Virus record (IMG/VR): IMGVR_UViG_3300025784_000006 | Location: 64,001 to 128,000 of that record | Direction: 5' to 3' (one strand) | From: a virus | Taxonomy: Duplodnaviria; Caudoviricetes | DNA: 64,000 nt | Part shown: in pieces, positions 37,775 through 46,855 of the stretch | How the letters are laid out: every line of letters starts with the position of its first letter | How positions within the stretch are numbered: position 1 is the stretch's first letter | Notes under the pieces: model-generated | The model's input: only the letters and a program-made list of their open reading frames with translations | Databases searched by the model: none | What the model was told of the DNA's origin: nothing | Translations under genes and position numbers: made by a program

Positions 37775-38926
37775 TCACCCTCTCTTTGTGAGAGTCCATG
37801 CGACGTCTAGCGACTGGGTGCTGAGGAAGCGAACGGTGAACCCCTTCTCGTCCGCTCCGAACACCCAAGGCACCTCGTCGCCAGCAGGTCGATCGTTGAC
37901 GGTGAGGTTGACGACGTAGTTGGTCGCGAGCCGAGGATTCGCGAAGTCGAACCTCTTGTCCGCCTCGCTCAGGAACGAGAGCACACCACTCGCGCGGTCC
38001 GTGTCGAAGACTGCGGTGGAGTCACCCCCCACAGCATCCACACGAGACCCCTCAGAGGTAACCGTCGCGCCGGCTTCCAGCGATAGCCCATTAACGACGG
38101 AGTTGCACAAGGACACGGTCGACCCGCGCATCACGTACATCGAGGTGATGCGAGAACCAAAGACCTGCACGTTTCCCTGCACGATGAGTGTCCCGTCCAC
38201 GCGGCTGCCCTCCAGCAGTAGCGTCGACCCAGGACCGACCACCGACACGTTGCCACGAACCTGCGTGTCCCGCAGCGTCACGAAGGACTCGCGCGTGTCG
38301 ATCAGGGCGGGCCCCGCCAGCGAGCAGGAGGCGACCTCCACGGTCGCCTGCACGGCGACGAGGAATGCCGCACGACCTGGGGGAGCAGACTCTAGGGTCT
38401 CGCAGCGTACCAGGCGAAGATGCCCTGTGCGGCCCCCCTCCCCTCCAACGGAGATGACAGGGACGTCAGGGTCTGCCCCAAACACGACCCCGCCGAAGGA
38501 CACGAAGGTGGCACGAATGGCCGTCCCGTTCACCTGGACCGTAGGAAGACCAGACCCTGGCTTCGCCCGCACCACGTGCGCACCCACCGCGCTCACCGCG
38601 ACGCGCTGCCCCGGGATTACCCTCGCGGGCGCTTCGGACACCCCAGGCAGCAGGATGAGCGACTGCGGGCCCGCGGCCGGGTACGGCTTGTCGGTGAGGA
38701 GGACGAACCCCCCGGCCAGGTCGACCGCGTCCCCGCCCTGCCCGACGATCGAGTAGGTGGGACCGGGACGCACTCCTCCCAGGGCAGAGAGCGGGAGACG
38801 GCCGAGGACGGGGTCCTCGAAGACCAGCGACCCCGTGGCAGGGTCGCCGTAGATGCGGCGCACCCCGGACAAGCCGGGCGCGACCTGGACCTCATCCGCC
38901 TCAAACGGTAGGGGATCGTCACTCAT
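37775..38926 (-). CDS. Probable virion fibre/spike-type protein with beta-helix-like repeats
   Basis: Repeating short strands (TLRDTQVRG, LLEGSRVDG, SLCNSVVNG); C-terminal NYVVNLT...KGFTVRF. Confidence 0.55.
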   Translation of the reverse strand: MSDDPLPFEADEVQVAPGLSGVRRIYGDPATGSLVFEDPVLGRLPLSALGGVRPGPTYSIVGQGGDAVDLAGGFVLLTDKPYPAAGPQSLILLPGVSEAPARVIPGQRVAVSAVGAHVVRAKPGSGLPTVQVNGTAIRATFVSFGGVVFGADPDVPVISVGGEGGRTGHLRLVRCETLESAPPGRAAFLVAVQATVEVASCSLAGPALIDTRESFVTLRDTQVRGNVSVVGPGSTLLLEGSRVDGTLIVQGNVQVFGSRITSMYVMRGSTVSLCNSVVNGLSLEAGATVTSEGSRVDAVGGDSTAVFDTDRASGVLSFLSEADKRFDFANPRLATNYVVNLTVNDRPAGDEVPWVFGADEKGFTVRFLSTQSLDVAWTLTKRG

Positions 38927-39630
38927 CGCAGTACGACTCCGTAGCGGACGCGCCTCTCCGAGAATCGCCGAACAGCGGCCCCGATGGTCACGTCGAAGTA
39001 GTTGGTGTCTCGGGTCGCTCGAACGGGGAACGCCCCCACAGGATCCACCACCACGCGGTAGGCCCCCACGGGCAGCGCCAGCGGTGTTAGGGTGACCCGC
39101 TGGGTCGTGGGGTCTCCGTACCGAAAGACGAGCTCGCCGGCCAGGGGGGCGGACGGAACCAGGGGGACCACGACCATCACGTCCACCGTGACCGGGACGG
39201 TTAGGGTTCCGAGCTTGCTAACCGGACGAAGAACGAAGCCCGTCAGGGTCCTGTCGGTCGCCGCGACCGCGACCCCGTTCGCAGCGGTCGCCCCCACCAA
39301 GTAGAGCGGAGTGGTCAGCGCGCCCGTGATGTCCACGCGCTGCGACGCCTCCCCGCGGAACACCACACGCCCGGACCAGGCCACGTACGTCTGGGACAGC
39401 ACGCGCGCCGCGTCCACCACCTCACGAAGGTCCTCGGCCAGCTCGGAGGGGAGGTCGGTGGGGCAGTCGCACCCGTAGGCGTCGACGTACCCCACAGCGT
39501 TCGACTGCTCAGACCTGACCGAGCGTACTGTCACGACCCCGTACATGTCGACGACCACCTCGATGCTGTAGGTGGTCCCAGCACCAGTGCGAGACCGAAA
39601 ACGATACACGCGGTCGACGAGCTCGATCAT
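38923..39630 (-). CDS. Hypothetical beta-rich (probable virion) protein
   Basis: ATGA-coupled; two repeats resembling the C-terminal domain of the downstream gene. Confidence 0.65.
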   Translation of the reverse strand: MIELVDRVYRFRSRTGAGTTYSIEVVVDMYGVVTVRSVRSEQSNAVGYVDAYGCDCPTDLPSELAEDLREVVDAARVLSQTYVAWSGRVVFRGEASQRVDITGALTTPLYLVGATAANGVAVAATDRTLTGFVLRPVSKLGTLTVPVTVDVMVVVPLVPSAPLAGELVFRYGDPTTQRVTLTPLALPVGAYRVVVDPVGAFPVRATRDTNYFDVTIGAAVRRFSERRVRYGVVLR

Positions 39631-39657
39631 CCTGCCTGGGCCGCGTCCATCAATCCC

Positions 39658-40287
39658 TTACCAGGCGACGACTCGGAACCCCTCGGAGGGGGAGACCCCG
39701 CTCTTGAGGAGGTTGGGACTATCGGCGATCTGCCGCATCACGCGCAAGTAGGCACCCACCGCATCGCGCCCGCAGGACAGGATGGGCGATTTAGACTCAC
39801 TCTCAATCCACTGAGCGAGTCGTCGGATCGTCTTGTGGAACCTGTAGCGCACCAGGCCCTGCGTGACCCGCAAGCGCTCGCCCGTCTCGCTCTGGCACGT
39901 GGTGTCCCACATGTGACGGAGGATCGCCAAGTCCATCTCGTCGGGAACGAGGGGGCGTACATCCTCACATACACGGTTCGCGTCGACCCCATCGGGGATT
40001 GACATGAGGAAACGAAGACGCTGCTCAGCGCGTCTGAGACGATAGCACACCGTCGGCTGACTGACGTTGAACAGGGCCGCGATCGTGTCCTGGCTCCACC
40101 GGTCGAAGAAGAACAGGTGCACCCAGTCCGCCTCCACTGGAGGGAGCCGGTCAAGGAGTCGGATGACGCGCGCGGCGAGCTTCTCGGTCTCGGGTGACAT
40201 GCCCCCATCCGACGGGTCTCCGAACAACGCAAACCCATCCTCCACCGAGTAGCAGCGCTCTATAGAGTCAGACGAGCGGATCGCCAC
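39658..40287 (-). CDS. Sigma region-4-like tandem HTH regulator
   Basis: LDRLPP.EADWVHLFF...SQDTIAALFNVSQPTVCYRLRRA and a second HTH CQSETGERLRVTQGLVRYRF. Confidence 0.75.
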   Translation of the reverse strand: MAIRSSDSIERCYSVEDGFALFGDPSDGGMSPETEKLAARVIRLLDRLPPVEADWVHLFFFDRWSQDTIAALFNVSQPTVCYRLRRAEQRLRFLMSIPDGVDANRVCEDVRPLVPDEMDLAILRHMWDTTCQSETGERLRVTQGLVRYRFHKTIRRLAQWIESESKSPILSCGRDAVGAYLRVMRQIADSPNLLKSGVSPSEGFRVVAW

Positions 40288-40295
40288 GATACCTC

Positions 40296-40961
40296 CTAAA
40301 AGAACGACATCTGCTTGTAGCTCTCGTACTTGGCCGCAGGTACGGGCGGAACGGGAGCTGCCGGCTTCGGTTTGCTGTTCTTGAAGCGTCGCAGGTCTGG
40401 AACGAAGAGGGGAGGAACGGTGCGGTCATCGACCATCGAGACGTTGGTGCGGTTGACGACCAGCAAGCGCAACAACGTGCGCGTCCGCACCTGGAGGAGC
40501 AGCTCGCGCGAAGAGAAGGCCGACATGACGCGCCCACGAACCCTCAGGTAAGGCCCCGACACCACCTCAACAACCTGCCCGCGAGGTAGTCGGGTCGAGC
40601 GGGGGTGATCTACCGTGTGGAGCATCGCCTCCACCTCTTTCCCGCCCACCAGATAGACCGTGCGCAGAGACCCCACTTGTCGGGACAACACCCGCTCTGC
40701 GTACCCCCTCCGCTCCAGGGCAAAGTACCGACTCGACGACAGCCCCCCGCGGATGAAGACGTAGCTCAACGCAGAGGCTGATCCGCTCCCCTGCGAGGGC
40801 ACGATGATCGGGTACGTCTTCGACACACCGAGGTCCCCCCGAATCTGCGCGCTTAGCCGCCCAGAACCCGCAAGGTCCTCCCCCTCTGGAGACAGCTCCA
40901 ATACCACCCACGTAGATCGACCCGCTTGGGCGCGGTTGTCCCCTGCCTCCATAGGAGGCAT
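40296..40961 (-). CDS. NusG/RfaH-family transcription elongation factor
   Basis: NGN-like WVVLE...IIVP...SYVFI; KOW motif GQVVEVVSGPYLRVRGRV. Confidence 0.72.
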   Translation of the reverse strand: MPPMEAGDNRAQAGRSTWVVLELSPEGEDLAGSGRLSAQIRGDLGVSKTYPIIVPSQGSGSASALSYVFIRGGLSSSRYFALERRGYAERVLSRQVGSLRTVYLVGGKEVEAMLHTVDHPRSTRLPRGQVVEVVSGPYLRVRGRVMSAFSSRELLLQVRTRTLLRLLVVNRTNVSMVDDRTVPPLFVPDLRRFKNSKPKPAAPVPPVPAAKYESYKQMSFF

Positions 40962-41040
40962 AGACGCGAGGGACCTGCGATCGTGCGTAGAGCCGATGGG
41001 GGCAATCTACACGATTAGGGCGGAGAAGGAGATAGCGACT

Positions 41041-42339
41041 TTAACGAAGTTGCGCTGCACGCATGTCGCGCACCCGGTCGCGCACTCGAGCTGCGAACTG
41101 CGCTGCGGTCCAGCCCGCAACCGGGTCGACTGTCGCGGCCAGGGTCGCGCGGTCTGCATGCGGGTGATAGTGGACCCAGCCGTTGTTGACCCCGCGACTC
41201 GCGGCGGGTGCGCTGCTGGAGGGTGGCGGGCTGCTAGGTTGGGGCGAACTGGGAGAGGAGGTGAGGCGCGCCGCAGGGCGACGATCCTCCGTCTGCGTAC
41301 CCAGAGCGAGGTCGCAGTACAGGGTGGCGCGCGACACCTTGGAGGGCCGCGAGCCAAACCGATCCGCCAGCGTCAAGAGGGTCAGACCAAGAGGAGCCAC
41401 TCGACGCAGAGTGACCTCCTCCCAGGCCCCCTCCTGCACTTCACCGCCCGCGTGGACCTGGAAGGCCGCCACGCAGAAGTCCGCCAGGTACCGGTACGCG
41501 GTCGAGGGTGAGATCTTCTCGATGAGGGCATCCACGCGCCTTCCCATGCCAGACAGGTCATGCAGGTTGAGGAGCAGGCCCGCCAGGTCCTCTCCCACAT
41601 CGGAACCCAGGTAGGAGGCTATCGCCTCCCGTGACACACGACCAGAAGCCGCCGTCGCTTCGATCGCCTTGATGGCGTCCCGGAAGTGACCTCCCGTCGC
41701 GCGCGCGACCAGGTCGAGCGCCGCAGCGTCGAACGGGATCTCCTCGGTCTCACAGATGTAGGCGAGGCGAGAGGCGATCGCTCGGTACCCTGGAGACCGC
41801 ACACGGAACGGAGGAGCACAGCGAGACAAGATGGTGGGGCGGACCTCGTCGGGCTCCGTGGTACAGAACAGCACAACGAGACGCTTCTCCCGCGTCCCAG
41901 GCCGGCAGTCCTCCATCGGCTTGAGGAGGGCGTCCTCGGCCTCAGGAGACAGCCGGTGGCACTCGTCGAACAAGTAGATGCGCCGGCGCCCCGCGTGCTC
42001 GTCGAACCGGAGGTCTTCCAGCAGCATCATCACGTCGGCCTTTCCTGAACGGGTCGCCGCGTCGACCTCAACGAAGTCGGGCGACCCATGATCGGACAGC
42101 ATCGCGATGCAGGACTCACAAGCGTCGCACGGGTCCCCCCCAACCGGGCGGGCACAGAGCAAGGCTCGGGCGAGGATCCTCGCCAGGGTGGTCTTCCCGC
42201 TGCCCCAAGGGCCTCCGAACAGGTAGCTCTGGAGGTGGCCAGAGCCACCAGCCACCAGATGGCGAAGGATCGTCTTGACGACTTCTTGTCCCGCTACGTC
42301 CTCATAGCGGGTCGGTCTGTACTTGTTGTCTAGGCCCAC
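41041..42339 (-). CDS. dnaX: DNA polymerase III clamp-loader gamma/tau subunit
   Basis: KYRP..YEDVAGQE, Walker A GPWGSGKTT, PCDACESC, DECHRLS, ALLKPME, TILSRC. Confidence 0.92.
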   Translation of the reverse strand: MGLDNKYRPTRYEDVAGQEVVKTILRHLVAGGSGHLQSYLFGGPWGSGKTTLARILARALLCARPVGGDPCDACESCIAMLSDHGSPDFVEVDAATRSGKADVMMLLEDLRFDEHAGRRRIYLFDECHRLSPEAEDALLKPMEDCRPGTREKRLVVLFCTTEPDEVRPTILSRCAPPFRVRSPGYRAIASRLAYICETEEIPFDAAALDLVARATGGHFRDAIKAIEATAASGRVSREAIASYLGSDVGEDLAGLLLNLHDLSGMGRRVDALIEKISPSTAYRYLADFCVAAFQVHAGGEVQEGAWEEVTLRRVAPLGLTLLTLADRFGSRPSKVSRATLYCDLALGTQTEDRRPAARLTSSPSSPQPSSPPPSSSAPAASRGVNNGWVHYHPHADRATLAATVDPVAGWTAAQFAARVRDRVRDMRAAQLR

Positions 42340-42354
42340 GAGGGCCTCTACCCG

Positions 42355-42879
42355 CTAGGGCTCGTCGTCCTCTTCGTCTTCGTCTTGTCCGTGGTCATCC
42401 CCGAAGACACGCTCGATCATGCTGGCCAGCGTGGAGACGTCTGGCTTCTCCGGCGAGTAGATCCAGAACCCGTGACGCGCGACCTCATCGCGGTAGTACG
42501 ACACGTCAGGCTTGAGGACCTTGTAGGAGTTCCCGCCGTCTGGGTTCTCCTTGGACTCCATGGCGCAGAGGCAGCGGTCGATGAGCGCGATCTGCTGGAG
42601 GTTGGTGAGCTTCTCCCAGCGGTTATAGCCAATCTCGACCGTGAAGATGCACGGCGAGGCGGCCAGGACGGAGAGCTTGGGGCTCGCCTTCGCGACGACC
42701 GCGATGCGATCCTCCGGGGCGGTGTCCTTGAACAGGACCACGATCTGGTCGACGATGTGCATCAGGTCGTGGTGGTACTGCTTGACGAGGTCTCGCAGCA
42801 GGTCGTGGACGTCCGGTCCAGCCTTGTAGAGCTTGTTGCTTACTTTCTCGATGTTCTGATCAGGGACCTTCTTGGGCAT
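42355..42879 (-). CDS. Phage metallopeptidase-like protein, apparently degenerate
   Basis: FTVEI...WEKLT..QQIALID followed by RCLCA where HELxH is expected; KPDV. Confidence 0.55.
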   Translation of the reverse strand: MPKKVPDQNIEKVSNKLYKAGPDVHDLLRDLVKQYHHDLMHIVDQIVVLFKDTAPEDRIAVVAKASPKLSVLAASPCIFTVEIGYNRWEKLTNLQQIALIDRCLCAMESKENPDGGNSYKVLKPDVSYYRDEVARHGFWIYSPEKPDVSTLASMIERVFGDDHGQDEDEEDDEP

Positions 42880-42899
42880 CGGAACTCCTTTCCCTCGTT

Positions 42900-43640
42900 T
42901 TACCCGAGGATGTGCATCCCGAACGCACGCTGAAGGGCTGTTCGACCCCCTGAGTCCCACAGGGCCCCCGGGTCCTTGGCGGAGTACCTCACGTCAACCA
43001 CCCGAACCCCACGCGACCGCAGGCGATCTACGGCCCCTCTGTGGTACTTGCCTGTCTTGGGGTCGATACCACCTACGGCCCCTCTACGCCCCGCTTCGTC
43101 CTCGTCGAACACCACGAACACGGCCGCGGTCGGAGACAGCAGGCGCTGGACAAGCAGGTCCTGCTGCTGGGACAGGGCGGCCCGGCCGCAGCCGAGAACG
43201 ACCCCGCGGTCGCCCACGACCCAGTCGAGGGCGAACATGTCGAACAGGCCCTCGACGAGCCACAGGTCTGCCCCCGACCACAGGAGGTCGGCCGCGCGGC
43301 TTGTGAGTCCGACGAACGTCGGGCACCAGGCCGCCTCGGGAAGCAAGTGGCGCAACACGGTCTTCTTGTCGACCCATGTCGTGCGAAAGTCTGCACCTAC
43401 CACGACCCCTCGTGCCGATCGGAGCGGGACGGTCAACATCCCGTTGACGCGGGACCCACACCCTTCTCGGCCGAGACGAGCCCATTCGGTGTCCTGCGGG
43501 CGCGCCTCGCACACCTGCGAACGCCACGTCGTGATCCCAAGCTCGTGGACGCGGTCCTCTCGCGCACCCCGCGCGAGCAAGTAGCCGAGGTCGTCAGGAT
43601 CAAGGTCACAGCGTGCTATCGCTTCAGAGAGCCAGGACAT
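42900..43640 (-). CDS. DNA primase TOPRIM core (no zinc-binding domain)
   Basis: YLLARG, LTVPLRS..G.VVG..FR, LVEGLFD, VFDEDEAG, KDPG. Confidence 0.85.
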   Translation of the reverse strand: MSWLSEAIARCDLDPDDLGYLLARGAREDRVHELGITTWRSQVCEARPQDTEWARLGREGCGSRVNGMLTVPLRSARGVVVGADFRTTWVDKKTVLRHLLPEAAWCPTFVGLTSRAADLLWSGADLWLVEGLFDMFALDWVVGDRGVVLGCGRAALSQQQDLLVQRLLSPTAAVFVVFDEDEAGRRGAVGGIDPKTGKYHRGAVDRLRSRGVRVVDVRYSAKDPGALWDSGGRTALQRAFGMHILG

Positions 43641-44129
43641 CTAGGTGGAGGCGACGACGAACCGATCTGGGTCGTAGACGACCAGAGCAACGCGGTCGCA
43701 CAGCTGCCAGATCGAACCCACGTCGCAGGTATTGGGGGTGATGACGACGAGGCCCGCAGGGATTATCGCGTCGACCATCACCGATACGGGACTCCGCACC
43801 GCGGTACGCGCGAAGACGCGCACGAAGGACTCGGCGATACTCCCCTCGGGCGCTGCCTGCGTGAGCTTCTGCATCCCCTCTTTAAGAGAGAGGCGGCCGT
43901 GCAGGTCATGTGCAGCCCACAGGAGGTCCCGAACCACCTCTTTCACGAGTCGCGAGGAGAAGGCAGCGGTCACGACGGTCCCATGTGCGGTGTTGTCGAA
44001 GCGTCGTATGACGCCGTTTGAGTCCGTCACGAACCGAGGACCCACGGGTCGCTTGAGGTCCAGCCGGGCACAGAGAGGCATGCGAGGCCCCTCTACCCCC
44101 TCACCATCCTCAACGAAGAGACCAGCCAC
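43641..44129 (-). CDS. Hypothetical protein
   Basis: Abuts the primase gene; start uncertain (GTG 44129 or ATG 44081). Confidence 0.5.
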   Translation of the reverse strand: MAGLFVEDGEGVEGPRMPLCARLDLKRPVGPRFVTDSNGVIRRFDNTAHGTVVTAAFSSRLVKEVVRDLLWAAHDLHGRLSLKEGMQKLTQAAPEGSIAESFVRVFARTAVRSPVSVMVDAIIPAGLVVITPNTCDVGSIWQLCDRVALVVYDPDRFVVAST

Positions 44130-44145
44130 CCAGGGAGAGGCGACC

Positions 44146-44730
44146 TTACCTCCAGGGGGGCTGGAATCGTTGAAGCGCCAGGACGAACCCTCGCCAGTAG
44201 TACCGCCACCTAGCCTCCACGACGGGTTCGGGCGGTTTGACGAGTTCGGTTGGCTTGACGTGCTCGTCAAACCGCTCTTGGCTGGGGGGTACGTCCTGGA
44301 CGTCATCGGCCTCCTCCGTAACCTCTACAGGATCCTTCAGGACCCAGGCGAGCGCGGCGAGGTCCGGGTACTTCGCCGCCAGATCCCCTAGCGACTGGCT
44401 GGCGAGCTGACGAAACTCTTCCTTGACGTCCTCTGGTGTCTTGACGGGACGATAGTGTGGGCAGGTGCGCGCGCAGACACCACTCAGACCCTCCGCGTAG
44501 TGCGAGTCGCAGATGACCCCCGCGATACCAGCCTCGACGTTCTTACAGACGCGAAGTTGAACCAGAGGCCCCCTCGCCCCTCCAGACGCAACCCAACCTG
44601 GATGGGTCGGGGCGATCCCGTTGTGCGCGCAGTTCTCTGGTGTTGGCTTGAGGACAGCCTCAATCGCCCGCTTACGGTGCCGGTACAGCACCTGCTTGAA
44701 CTTCTGGTGAATCTCCCCGGGTCGACGCAT
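44146..44730 (-). CDS. Hypothetical Cys-containing protein
   Basis: PENCAHN...VC...IC...CARTCPHY; operonic spacing. Confidence 0.6.
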   Translation of the reverse strand: MRRPGEIHQKFKQVLYRHRKRAIEAVLKPTPENCAHNGIAPTHPGWVASGGARGPLVQLRVCKNVEAGIAGVICDSHYAEGLSGVCARTCPHYRPVKTPEDVKEEFRQLASQSLGDLAAKYPDLAALAWVLKDPVEVTEEADDVQDVPPSQERFDEHVKPTELVKPPEPVVEARWRYYWRGFVLALQRFQPPWR

Positions 44731-44734
44731 GAGA

Positions 44735-45400
44735 CTAGCGTACCCCTCGATCGAGGACGAGCCGTGAGGAACGTGCTCCTCGCAGCACGCGATACCTCCG
44801 GGGACTCGCCTCCCACAACGCGTGGGAGTGAGTGATGACGAGCACGTCGAAGTTGAGCCGACGGCACAAGTCCGCGAATACGCTCGCGAACGCGCGAGCG
44901 TACGCCTCGTCAAGCGGAGCCAGAGTCTCGTCCAGAACCATGAAGCGACGAAGACCACGCCTCAGGATGCAGGCTACTCGCAGGAAGACGGCCTGGATGG
45001 TCGTGATGGACCCTCCAAACAGGTCCGACGCCTGCCCCTCGACTCGACCCCCCTCACACGGAACGGAGGTCACCACGTCGACCGCGATGCGGCCTCGCTC
45101 CTGCCCCACGCGCGCCTCTACTCCGATCTGCTGGTCTGCGAACACCACGCGCATCGCCTCGCGCAGCAGGTTCTCCACGAGAGAGAACCCGTTGCGCACC
45201 TCCGCGTCCGTGAGACCCGCGACGACCGAGATCGCTTCGGTGAGGATCTCGTCCTCAAGCGACAGGTCCTGCTCGTCGATGATCGAGGTAGCTATCGTCA
45301 TGCGTGCCTGGGTACACGATGCCTGGAGACGCAGGGCGCGGTCGCGTACCTGCTCGGACCTGTCCCGTAGGCGTGCGACCTCGGCCCGCAGCGAGCTCAA
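44735..45400 (-). CDS. SbcC/Rad50-like ATPase, C-terminal half
   Basis: Short coiled coil, signature-like FGGS, Walker B/D-loop FMVLDETLAPLD, H-loop VITHS. TTG start overlaps the dnaN stop. Confidence 0.82.
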   Translation of the reverse strand: MSSLRAEVARLRDRSEQVRDRALRLQASCTQARMTIATSIIDEQDLSLEDEILTEAISVVAGLTDAEVRNGFSLVENLLREAMRVVFADQQIGVEARVGQERGRIAVDVVTSVPCEGGRVEGQASDLFGGSITTIQAVFLRVACILRRGLRRFMVLDETLAPLDEAYARAFASVFADLCRRLNFDVLVITHSHALWEASPRRYRVLRGARSSRLVLDRGVR

Positions 45401-46572
45401 CCGACGATCCCGCCGTTGAGGAGGTAGACGTAGCGGAGAGACTTCGCCGGGTCCTGCGGCTCCGACACGCGGGCCATGAGGACCTTGCGGCTGGACGTGG
45501 ACGACTTGCTCCCGATGAGGTCGAACGTGATCTTGGTGTCGCTCCACACCGACAGGACCGCGTCGAGCGCTTCCTTGGAGAAGCGCCCCGTCTCGTCAGA
45601 TCCCGTCGCCTCGACCGACACCGGGATCGAGTGAGGTTTGCTGGTGGCTCGGAGCTGCGTGGCCAGGTGTACGGTCTTGTGCCCCACGTCGAGCTGAAAC
45701 CCAACGAACTTCTCCGTCGGAGCAGCGGCCGTAAAGAGGAAGTCGACCGCCCGTCGCACCTGGTCGCGCGACGCGGTGAAGGAGTTCGTCGAGGTCTCAT
45801 CGACCGCCAGCGCAGGGAGCGAGGTGACGTTCTGGAACCCCTGCTGCACCAGGACTCCAAAGATCCCCCCGTCCTGACGACGGAACGTCGTCATGTTGGC
45901 GTGCTTGAGGACGGTGAAGGTGTCGCCTCCGGAACGCAGGAAGTCGCTGAGCGGTCGGATGGCCGCGGACGGAACGATGAACCGCCCCGAGAAGGGCCCG
46001 ATCGCGATCCCGTAGGCGAGCTTCGAGTTGGCCACGACCCGTCCATCCCAGCAGTAGACAGCGCACCTGTGCGGCTCGTGCGACTCGTCCTTGCTGGCAA
46101 AGAGGGACACCCGCGTGATGGCGTCCACGAAGGGAGCCGTCTCCAGGGTGGCCTCCTCCTTCGAGGCCGCGACCCGCTCGTCCCAGAAGGGCCACTGGTC
46201 CGCCTTGCAGGCCGAGAGGTGGTTGGTCCACAGCCCCGCCGTGATGGAGCTATGCTTCCCGTCGTAGCTGATCGACGTCACCGCGTCCCCGTCGGGGACC
46301 GCCTGTAGGCACTGGAGCAGCGCATGTGCGTCAGCGGTGAAGTACCCGTCCTTCAGGCCCTCCGGCACGGTAACCCCCTGGATAGGGACCTGCGACACGG
46401 AGACCCGATTGAAGGACAGCACGCTCACAGGGGAGTGGGTGTCGTCGCGCTTGACTCGAAACAGCACGAACCCTGAGAGGTCATCCGTACCAGACTTGGG
46501 ACCGACGCTCTTGGACGCCGACACGAGCGCGCTGTGAAGGTTATTCCTGGAACACTCGAACTGCATAGGCAC
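45397..46572 (-). CDS. dnaN: DNA polymerase III beta sliding clamp
   Basis: ~390 aa; MQFECSRNNLHSAL...LSGFVLF, WP, AITRVSLFASKDE, RFIVP; replication context. Confidence 0.75.
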   Translation of the reverse strand: MPMQFECSRNNLHSALVSASKSVGPKSGTDDLSGFVLFRVKRDDTHSPVSVLSFNRVSVSQVPIQGVTVPEGLKDGYFTADAHALLQCLQAVPDGDAVTSISYDGKHSSITAGLWTNHLSACKADQWPFWDERVAASKEEATLETAPFVDAITRVSLFASKDESHEPHRCAVYCWDGRVVANSKLAYGIAIGPFSGRFIVPSAAIRPLSDFLRSGGDTFTVLKHANMTTFRRQDGGIFGVLVQQGFQNVTSLPALAVDETSTNSFTASRDQVRRAVDFLFTAAAPTEKFVGFQLDVGHKTVHLATQLRATSKPHSIPVSVEATGSDETGRFSKEALDAVLSVWSDTKITFDLIGSKSSTSSRKVLMARVSEPQDPAKSLRYVYLLNGGIVG

Positions 46573-46583
46573 CTCGGGGAGGT

Positions 46584-46847
46584 CTAGTGGTTTACGGACT
46601 GGAGGGTCGTCGATACGTGGTCGATTTGGGCTGAGATTCGAGACACCTCGGACGCGATCTGCGCCTCTATCGCCTGGATCTCCTCGTCGATGCGGTCAGG
46701 ATCTACTCCGAGGTCCACGGCGCGCTGCCGCGCCGCCTCCCACTCCTGCTCGCTCGCCTGCGCGGCACCCTCCGCACGGGACAAGCGCGCCTTCGTCTCG
46801 TCTAGTCGACGCAGGACACCTTGTGCTCGTGTATCGATCTCAGCCAT
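46584..46847 (-). CDS. Small coiled-coil protein
   Basis: Heptad pattern throughout; GGAGG SD. Confidence 0.7.
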   Translation of the reverse strand: MAEIDTRAQGVLRRLDETKARLSRAEGAAQASEQEWEAARQRAVDLGVDPDRIDEEIQAIEAQIASEVSRISAQIDHVSTTLQSVNH

Positions 46848-46855
46848 CGCCCCTC

